A stretch of DNA of 64,000 nt from assembly GCF_964355755.1 (NCBI RefSeq), contig NC_092674.1:28086001-28150000 (forward strand), in the 5' to 3' direction. The stretch comes from Antedon mediterranea (Eukaryota; Animalia; Echinodermata). The notes below the pieces were generated by a model. It saw only the letters and a list, made by a program, of their open reading frames with translations, made no database searches and was not told the origin of the DNA. How positions within the stretch are numbered: position 1 is the stretch's first letter; each line of letters starts with the position of its first letter. The translations under genes were made by a program, and so were the position numbers. Shown piece after piece: positions 50,886 to 61,004 of the stretch.

Positions 50886-53800
50886 ATGGCTTTCAACTTC
50901 GGTACACCTTCAACTGGAACAACAAGTAATTTATTTGGAGCAAAAACAACCGGTGCTGGTTCAAATCTATTCGGTGGAGGATCAGCTTCAGGTAATAATG
51001 TTTAAAATGGTATTAGGTGCCGATTATCCTAATACGTAGTAGGTACTAATAAGGGCCTAGCTAGGCAGGCTGACTCGAGTCCAAAACGTGATTATTGTCC
51101 CGCGGATGCTACGCCGTGCTGCCTCCCATTGACTCCCTCCATGATCCAAGGTATAAACAAGTAGGGGGCCTAGGATAGGCCTAGCCTAGGATATTTTAGT
51201 CGTACTAGGCTATAGGCTAGGCCCCCTATTAAGAGAAAACACTAAGACTACTAGTACTGAGGATTCTACACAGGCATTCTGGCATTTTAACTAGGCCTAG
51301 GGCCTAGGCCTAATGCTGCAATAAATGCACTTTCCAGCTGAAAAAAAATAAATAGGCCTAGCCTAGGCCTAGAGGTGTACATCGTGTTCGGCCGCAAACG
51401 ATTTCGGCCGCAATGTTTTGAATGCCCATATAAGGCGCTATGTATGGAGCGCCAACTATGCATCAACTTCCGTTTGTTCTGCTGGTCTTTTCATTGGGTT
51501 ATTCCATTCTAAAAATGTGGGTGCATTCTAACGTGATCGATCGAAATTGACCGACATAAAATGTACGGCGTATTATCATATTACTTTCTGTGATATAAGT
51601 ATTATTTAGAATGCTGTGGTGTGGATATATTTGAACCTATTTTAAATGATTTAGATATACGTTTATTATTATAATAATAATCTTAAACGGGCAATAAACT
51701 TGTACTTGTGTCTTGTACATTTACTCTTGCAGGCCTAATGTGTTCTAATAAAAACAGAAATGACCATTAAATCAGTTAATAATACATTAAGTATTTTAAA
51801 ACTCTGGTTATATAGGCCTATTGTATGTCTAATAATTATTGTATACTATCAACAATACTTAAATAAGCCTATGCCTTCGTAAGAAAATAGGAGGAAATAA
51901 CATTACAGTATTTCGAAATTCCTTTTTTATAGCGATTTTTGGAAAAATTAATATTTAGTAAGGCTTGAATTATTTCAGGATTATACAGTTCCACAGTAAA
52001 ACCTACCAACATTGGATTGCGAAAACTCTGAAAAGGCTACTACTGCTATTGTTTTAAAACAATGATGAGGGAGTGTCTTGAATTCCATCTTAGACAATGA
52101 AGGTGGTGTAGCATGGTTGTTTTTTATTAACATAACAATGAAATGTGTTACGTTTCGTGTCTTCAATTTGTTGAAGTGTTATTAACAGCAAAGTTAAATA
52201 TAAAAATAATGGTGAATTATTTTATGTTTTTAATAATTAGAGGGAAGCTAGCTTGCTTGTTGTATGTGATTAATGGAGATGTTAATATTAATGTTACATT
52301 TTATTATGTTATTTATCCAATATTTACTATTTTTATAAATTGTCACGATTGTTGTAATTCAGTTTGTTAACTGCAAGAACAATTTAAATAAATAAACCTT
52401 GCTTATTATTGTTGTTGCGTCCGTTTTCACTTACATTTCTTTTCTTACGTTATGTTAATATAATATGTTCATTATTGGTTTTATATTTATTTTACTCTGT
52501 ACAGTATTTGTAAAAATAAATGTTATTAAGTTGTGGTATACATTACTGATTCTGATTTTCAAATGTACAAATTATATGTGGCAAACTTCACCGACATTGA
52601 TATACAGTAACAACAACGATACATGAAGAAAAACATAATTTAAAGTTAATATTTATTTGTAAAGTACACACACTCTTTTTCATTATAACTTATAGAAGTG
52701 CATATCCTTAAATTAATCTAATGACAGTACTGTATATAACTTGCATTCCTTTCAGTCTTAAATATAATCGTTGGGGTACATTTTCCGGGCGGTACAAAAA
52801 TGAAAACATTTCATTTTCTTATGTCATTATTTATAATTCAATCTTTATATAAGAAAAAAGAAAGCATGATTTTATGTTCAATATCACAAAATACACATTA
52901 AATCTCATTTAATTTGATTTATAAATAACATTTTGTTGTACTTAGTTAATAATAAAACGTCAGATATTTATGACTGTATAATCTCACATAAAAAAAGTAG
53001 GGTAAGTGATCTAAGTATAACATCGAAACTTTGCTGTATATAATGTCTAATTTCATAACGTGATTCACTAGTTATTACAAAAATTAGTAAAAAGACTTAA
53101 AAAAACCAGTTGTTTGTTTGATTTCATCGTAGTGTTACATGAAAAAGGAAATTTTGTAAATATATAATTTTGTGTGTTTTCGCTTGCATCGTTATTCAAT
53201 TTGGTTTGATTTATTACAGTTAGGCCTCTAAAGTTAAAGTTTAAAAGTATAGTCACCTACAAAAAGCGCATGATGACACAAGCGCAGTCGGTTACTTGCA
53301 AGAAGTTTGGCTAAACAATGACCATTATTTATTAATAACGCTTTTAAGTTAGGCGTTTACCGTCACACAATACACACACACAAAATTCGGTACATTTAAG
53401 GATTCTTTTTTTTGTAATCGGTAAAACAATAACCGGAGTGCGCGCATCTTTATAAGAGAACCACATTTTAGAGAATATTACTTATTTCTGAATTGCCACC
53501 TGATTCTGCTATAGTTTTACAGATAGCACCTGTGGACAGTAGCAGAATCGGGTGGAATTGCCATCTGAATTGTTAACTACACTTTTACTGATTATCTACG
53601 AACCATGAACAATTGTATTGAATGTCGCGAACCCGTAACGGAACAGCAAGAAGGACCGTTTTGCGAAGAGTGTCAGAGATGGCAACATCGTCGGTGTGAC
53701 TCAGGAGTGAAAGGAGGAGCAGCGTACAGGTTAGCCGTCGAAGAGGGTTTTATTGATTAGACATGTAGAGAATGTGCTCCAGAAAACAACGTCCAACCGG

Positions 53801-56800
53801 TGCCGCAACTGGAGATTTTTGCAGCCGACCTTGGCGACTTTTTGGAACCAATCGTTCATAGAAGAAGAGGTACTGAATCTTTACCCTGAACCACAACCAA
53901 TACCAGTGATGCCTGCTGTTGATGATGACATCGTTACTTATCGGCGATTAGCAGGAACAACAAAACGTGGGAATGTAAGTTCTTAAAATATTTATAATCT
54001 ATTCTTTGTAATTTTTTTTTTATTATCGCATTTCTTGTAAAAACCAACTTAACCTTCTGTTGTTTCAGGACTCGCTTGTAGACAGTCATGGGTACCAATA
54101 TACAGAGAAGATTGATAAAAGACGGGCAAATACAACATGGAGATGTTTTCTCAGAAACAAGAATGTGACGTGCAAAGCAACAGTGTTGGAGAAGAATGGA
54201 GTTGAAACATTGTGGGATGAGTACCGCGAGGGCCAACGTAGTGTACGTTCTCAAATGCTTGCCGCGAGTAAACTTATTACTCGCGATGCTCGCGTTGAAT
54301 AGTGCTAATGTATGTATGTTAGTTAAATTAGTTAAAAAATTAGTAAAAACTCTTATGTTAGTAATAAACATTAAATATAATTTTAAACTATTTGCAAAAT
54401 ACGTTAGTTAAGAACTTTTGTAATATAACATGTTATTGCTAGAAATAAAGTCAATTTTAATGTATGTAAAGAAGTAAGATATTAGTAAAAATCGTATGTT
54501 AGTAATAAACATTAAAAAAGATATTGTTTCATTGTTACATTTTAAACTATTTGCAAACTATATTACTTATTAGTTAAGTAGTTTTGTAATATAACATGTT
54601 ATTACTAGTAATAAAGTCAATTTTAATGCATGCTAGTGGTTATATATGAAAAAAACAATTATAAATATAAATGTTATATTATATGTTTATTTATAAAATA
54701 TGGTAGTTAAGTTAATTCGTTCGTAAATTCTCAAACTTATAACATGTCTAAATAAAAATACAGGAATTGATAATAAATGTGTTAAGATTGTATATAATAA
54801 AATAATTTTCATTTTTCTCTATCTGTGATGAATCTAACTGTATCTGAAAAGAAATCGTAATATTATATACAATAATACAAATGTAGAGAAAAATCGGTAA
54901 AGCAATGCACCCCTATTTTTTTAATGGAATAAGCCACGTAGTTCGCCAATCTAAACAATGCATTTAATATAAACAATGCAAGCAAGCCTGGCGTTCCATA
55001 CTAAATACATGCGGCCGAACTCGTTGGCGGCCGAACACGACGGTATTCGGCCTAGATGGGGGATATGACCGGTTGGGCCGCCGACAAGTTGAGCCGCCGG
55101 TGATTTCTATGAAACGCCCAGTGCATGCGTCTTTTACGACATTTCGCGTAGTGATTAGGATGGTGTCCTAGTACATAAGTTCATGGTCTTGGTTTATTGT
55201 GTCATGAAAATAAATAATATATAATTACATATTATAATTAACAACACAGCAAAGGAAAGTAGTAATATTTAATAATGTAATTGTTTTTAATCTTTCGAGG
55301 AAAAAATTCAGTGCACTCATAATTTTTCTCGCCACGTGTAGGCCTACCACGTAAAGTCATGTTGTCCTCTCTCAGGACTAATTAATAGAGTATTAACATT
55401 CTTCGAATGAGGTTAAATAAATATTATTTTTTATTTACTAATCTTTTAATATCATATTTTATTGAATTTTACAATGTTAATACACAAAATATTTTACCAA
55501 AAAACGTGATTTTATGTAATTATTTTACCGAAAAATGGAGTAAGCCTAGTTCATACAACTGCCGACTGAGGGGCAACATGTTTACGTCATTTTTGGCTAA
55601 AAACGATCACTTTCGGTGATGTTTTATATTTTGGAATCTACAAGCCAGATTTTCATAATTATTTCTTTAATTATAATATTTAATAATATATATACTAAAA
55701 ACCATGATATATAAACTTTTGAATGTACATCGATCCCTAATATAAATAGAACGAGCAGCACCGGCGAAAGTTAGCATTTGGCGTTCCATAAAAAATAACG
55801 TTTTTCTGGTGGCGGCTCAACTTGTCTGCGGCTCAACTTGGCCTAATCCAAGACGGCTGTTGTGACAACTGACATGTGAGAATTTTTATTTTTTTCCCTC
55901 TAGGCTTCAACTTTGGAAATACAGCAAAGACAACAGGTGGCTTCAGCTTTGGAACTGGTACACCATCAAGCAATACAACAGCTGGTGGTGCGTCGGGCTT
56001 TAAGTTTGGGACGACGACAACAACCGCTTCCAGTGGCTCAAATTTTGGAGGATTTGGTGGTCTGAACACGGGTGCAACAACAGGATCTTTTGGCTTTGGT
56101 ACTACTAACCCAGCTGCCACTGGAAACACTGGTTCTTTTAACTTTGGTGCAACAGGAACTGGAACAGGTGGTAGGTAGACATAAATATATTGAGTGTAAA
56201 CTCTTATTAAAAACAAACTTGACAAACACACACATGAGAGAAAAGGCACCCTACGAGTTAAAAAACTCATTGCCTCTTAACTTTACTAAAGGTAAGAGTT
56301 ACTAAAGGTAAGAATTGATTATAAAAACATATTTCAGAACTCCTGCAGTGCATTTTACATCCAGACTGCATTTTCAGATATACTATATTAATATGCCTTT
56401 TTTTTAATAGGTTTTGGGTCATTTGGTGCCAAGACAACTGCTGCATCCTCTTTCAACTTTGGCTCAGTGCCAACAACGTCCACTTCATCATTTTCATTCA
56501 ATAAACCAACGACAGGTGGTTTTAACTTAGGAGGTACTAGCTCAGGTAAGTTGCCTCCAATGAAGGAATAAGTACCTGTATATAGCCAGCATAATGCCAT
56601 TACTGTCAGAATGGACATCCCTTGAATGATAATTGGAATCAGTCTAAAACTCTGTCAACACTATCAAACTTTATGTGACAACAAAATGTGATGTGCCCAT
56701 ATATGGACATGATGATGTTATATCACTACCATTTTTGGGCATATCACTACCATATTTGGGCATATCACACTTTTTTAGATTGATAGTGTAGATACAGCTT

Positions 56801-59800
56801 AAGTATTCAGTTATTACCATATTCACACAAGACATTATTCTGCAATAATACATCATGACAGTGTGTTCCCATGTTACAGAATTGTGTTCTGTTTTATTGT
56901 AGGTTTCGGCTTGGGTGGCGGCCTAGCTCAGCAACAGCAGCAGCAACAACAAGGTAAAACTTTTGAGTTAGCAATTTAATTTATTTTTGCACACATCTCG
57001 CAACAAAATGTGAAAAAAATCTGATGCTTTTAATCTTGTTATAATGGTTGTACTTTTAGTTATTAAATATTCTGGTACTAAATCTATGATTGAACCAAAG
57101 ACTATAGGTCTAAAGGCAAGCTTCAGTTATAACCATTAATTTCATTGTGATGCAGAAGGTAAAAAGATCACCTTCTTTAGAAAAGTACATATATTTATCT
57201 TGGTATGTAACAGTATGTATCTCTTAATCACAATTATTTCTGTCAATATTTTACAGTTGGTGGTGTTCAAAATGAACTTTTCCAAATTGCCAGCGCCCTC
57301 TCTATGCCCGCCATATTCGGGGATGAGCGTGATGTTATTTTAGCCAAGTGGAACCAGATACAGGCGTTTTGGGGGACTGGAAAAGGTTACTACAGTCAAA
57401 ATGGTGTTGTGCCATTTAAACCAGAAAACCCCTTTTGCAGATTTAAGGTAAGCATTGATTTCCAACCCTCACATTATTTTCAATGTGTCAGGAATATTAT
57501 CTGTATAATAATTTGTTTATGCAATTTTTTATGTTCAACTTCAAATTTTTTTAATATGACTTGCTATAGAGAACCTCTTTTTTTTTCAGACTGTGGGCTA
57601 CAGCATGAAGCCACAGGCTCGCGACCAAGATGGTCTTTTGCGGCTTCATTTCTACAAGAATGAGAGCTACATTAAGGCACATCAACAACAACTGGTTGAC
57701 AGTCTCTTCCGCATTCTTGGCAGCAAGCCAGATTTGTCAGTCTGTGTCGAAGATGTCAAAGGTCTTCCAGACGAAAAGTAAGTTTTTTTCATGTATGTCA
57801 ATTTGCTCAAAATTAAGATGAAAAATAATCTATCTATCTCTGTCTACACTATCAAACTAGTTTGACAAAATGTGTGATGTGCCCAAATATGGTGGTGATA
57901 TGACATCATCATGTCGATATATGGGCACATTACATTTTTTGTCGCATAAAGTTTAATAGTGTAGACGGAGCTTAAGCTAATCCTATGAATTTTCTTGATC
58001 AAGTTTCTGTGTCTTTTTCTCTGCAGAACCGAAGTTACAATCTACGTGCAACAACGTACACCAGCGGGTAAATCTCAACGTATCAAAGCTTCCGAGTTAT
58101 TCACGTTCATGAGCCAAGCATCGCAAAAGAACCAGCTGGGCACATTGGGAGTTACCAATATGGTGCCATTGACTAGACTCTCTGAAGAAGAGTTGAATCA
58201 GTATCTCACCACACCTCCAATGGGTTAGTTTCTCTGTCTACACTATCAAACTTTATGTGAAAATAAAATGTGATTTGCCCATATTTGAACATGATGTCAT
58301 ATCACAACCATATATGGGCACATCACATTTTTTGTTGTGTAGACAGAGATTTACAAATCAGTTGTATTAAAGACTTTTGTCCACACTAATTGATATTTTG
58401 TCAGTCTTATGTTCACTTTTACATAATAGTAACTTTTTCCTTATTAGGTTATGATCCTAGATTGTGGAGCCAGGCCAAGATGGATAACCCTGATCCAGAA
58501 AAGTAGGTATTAAATAGGCTTAAAGGCTTTCATCAAACTTTATGTGACAAAAAAAAATGTGATGTGCCCATATATGGACATGATGATGTCATATCACTAC
58601 CATATTTGGATATATCACTACCATATTTGGGCACATCACACTTTTTTTGTTTGATAGTGTAGACATAACTTTACAACGTCTGATAGTTAATGCCATTGTG
58701 TGTAATCTAAAGTGTTTAGAATCTATTTCTCTATTCACAACATAGTTTTCATGTTGGACCAATATTACTTATGAATATCAGTATTGATTTTGTAAATTAC
58801 TTCTTCTGGTTGATGATTTCAGGTTGATCCCAGTACCTATGGTTGGATTTGACGTTCTTCGTCTACGTTTAGAGAAACAGAATCAGGAAACCAAGAATCA
58901 CCAAGGACGTCTTGACGTAAGTTGCTAGGCCTGTCAAGATGATTTCTTGTTAGGTGTTCCCAAACAAGGTTGAACAGTATTACATTTTGCAATAGTGGCT
59001 CACACATACAAGGCCTAGGTCACTATAACTTTTATTTGTTACAGCTTGTTGCAAAAGACATAAGCACACTTCAAAACCAACAGTCTACATTGCAAGCTAA
59101 GATAGCAGAGCATAAACGCAAGCACATTGAGATGTCACACAGGGTATTAAAGGTAAGGTTGCATTTACACACATGAAATAACTTGGCCATAATATTAAGC
59201 TCTGTCTACACTATCAAACTACTATGACAAAAAAAGTGTAATGTTTCCAAAAATATGGTAGTGATATGCCCAAATATGGTAGTGATATGCCCAAATATGG
59301 TAGTGATATGACATCGTGTCCATATATGGGTACATCACATTTTTTTGTTTGAGTTTGATGTGTATTGTAGACAGAGCTTAATCTTAGACTTTAAATAATA
59401 TGTTGAGAAAAGAAAAAATACAGAGCTGTTGACGATTGAATGTTTTAGTATATTGAATAATTTTCTATAAACTAAATAAACTTTAACTTTATTCAGATGA
59501 TGTGATAGGATTTTCTAGTTTGCTAGCTAGCACAAAATCCTTGTTTCATTTGTTAAGTACAGTAAATTGTTCTGTGTAACTATTTTTTAAATAGCTAATA
59601 GCAAGAATGGAAGTACAGAGAAAAGCAGGTTTAGCGATTCAACACGATGAAGAACAACTAAGAACACAACTGGAGGGGTTACAATCTGAACTGAACGCAC
59701 CCAATCAGATGAAAGTAAGACTTCCCTACTTTGAAATAGAGTAATGATTTATACAAATTTTAATAAATAATTCCCTTTGATATATACAGTATCTTATTTG

Positions 59801-60465
59801 AAAAAAAAAAACTATATAGAATAAATGAAAATAATTTGTTGTCACTTATCTAGATAAACAGATAAATGCCCTAAGGAAAAAATAATACACCCCTTGAAAA
59901 AGAATGGAATATTCTACTCATATTAACATTGATCGAATCTCATTATATTATTAAATAGGGCCGTTTAAATGAGATGATGTCTCAGATTCGCATGCAGAAT
60001 CAGTTAAGCACTGGACGTGAAGAACGTTATGGCATTGATCAAGATCTTCAGTTGGAAATTAAACAGGTAAGAATTAACACACAATATAGAAGAAGAGGGG
60101 TTAACCCAAGGACTAAATTGTAGTGGGTAGACCCACATAGAAAAAAATATAAGTTTCTCTTATACCTATGATGCGCCTATACATTATTATAACCCAAGAT
60201 GCAACTATAATCCCAAGCTATGTTTTACACAAATCAAAAGGATGCATACATACACTCTACTACTACCTACCTTATATGCATTATTTTGGGTACAAATATA
60301 CCCCACCCTACTATCCTTCCTAAATTGAATATTGTTATATTTTGGTAGCATCTGAAGAAACAGCAAGAAGGCTTGAGTCATCTAATTGCAACTATCAAAA
60401 GTGATCTAGAAGATGTACAGTTAATAGAGCAAGGGCTAACAGCGTCTCAGCAGCTTGTCAGGTGA
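50886..60465 (+). CDS. NUP54: Nucleoporin p54, ~578 aa, 13 coding exons
   Basis: Exons 50886-50991, 55904-56170, 56411-56545, 56903-56953, 57257-57447, 57590-57777, 58027-58223, 58448-58502, 58823-58916, 59045-59152, 59595-59714, 59959-60066, 60349-60465 (1737 nt, in frame). N-terminal FG repeats (MAFNFG...), then FGDERDVILAKWNQIQAFWGTGKG, NPFCRFK, W.QAK.DNPDPEKLIPVPMVGF and GRLNEMMSQIRMQN. Confidence 0.95.
51374..55048 (+). mobile_element. Mutator-like (MULE) non-autonomous DNA transposon in NUP54 intron 1
   Basis: TIRs TCGTGTTCGGCCGCAAACGATTTCGGCCGCA / TGCGGCCGAACTCGTTGGCGGCCGAACACGA; direct repeat GGCCTAGA at 51366-51373 and 55049-55056; internal PHD/FLYWCH relic. Confidence 0.75.
53605..54302 (+). 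pseudogene. Inactivated PHD-finger + FLYWCH-like transposase fragment
   Basis: MNNCIECREP...CEECQRWQHRRC...ID*TCREC is a C4HC3 PHD with TAG at 53758-53760 in place of the conserved Trp. A frameshift and a GT-AG intron (53975-54068) follow, then GTTKRGN/DSLVDSHGYQYT...WRC..R...CKATV and a short LWDEYREGQRS tail. Confidence 0.7.
55061..55849. mobile_element. Second, related non-coding TIR element abutting the MULE
   Basis: GGATATGACCGGTTGGGCCGCCGACAAGTTGAGCCGCC / GGCGGCTCAACTTGTCTGCGGCTCAACTTGGCCTAATCC. Shares the subterminal TGGCGTTCCATA motif with 51374-55048; no clean TSD. Confidence 0.65.
56648..56799. mobile_element. Family-B MITE (NUP54 intron 3)
   Basis: Family-B TIRs and subrepeats. 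Confidence 0.8.
57836..57972. mobile_element. Family-B MITE (NUP54 intron 6)
   Basis: Family-B TIRs. Confidence 0.8.
58230..58350. mobile_element. Family-B MITE (NUP54 intron 7)
   Basis: TCTCTGTCTACACTATCAAACT...GTGTAGACAGAGAT. Confidence 0.8.
58524..58670. mobile_element. Family-B MITE (NUP54 intron 8)
   Basis: Family-B body with eroded TIRs. Confidence 0.75.
59198..59378. mobile_element. Family-B MITE (NUP54 intron 10)
   Basis: Family-B TIRs and three 22-bp subrepeats. Confidence 0.8.
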
Positions 60466-60795
60466 CAATAACGTCTTTATCAAACATTTGAGGTAAAGTT
60501 TCTTATTTTACTGTTCGTTATCTCAATTTAAAGACTCATTCACATATCTGCTTAAATGGAACGCATAAGTTAAAAAGAGAGAAATATTTGACTCTATATT
60601 AAAACAAACTATTGAAAGAAAACAATTATACATTTGTAAGGCCTTAATTTTAAAATGTATATATATATATAAATATAATAAATAGAATAAGCAGCAGCAA
60701 TATTGAATTTACATACTGTACAATGAATGTATCTCAGAGCATGAAGGAAATAACAATGCTGCTCACAGCTACCTTTTAATCAGGTTGTCTTTTAA

Positions 60796-60981
60796 AGCCT
60801 TGTATACGCTATCAAACTTTATGTGACAAAACAATGTGATGTGCCCATATATGGACATGCTGTCATATCACTACCATATTTGGGTATAATATCACTACCA
60901 TATTTAAGCATAATTTTCACTACCATATTTGGGAACATCATACTTTTTTTGTCAAACTAGTTTGAAAGTGTAGACAGAACC
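60796..60981. mobile_element. Family-B MITE between the convergent NUP54 and TRIM 3' ends
   Basis: Family-B body; ends ~24 bp from the TRIM stop codon. Confidence 0.8.
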
Positions 60982-61004
60982 TAAGATTGTGGATGTTCTT
61001 CTGC

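Noticed and set aside
50698-51039. 113-aa ORF over NUP54 exon 1
   Set aside because: Wrong frame; the real exon begins at ATG 50886 (MAFNFG).
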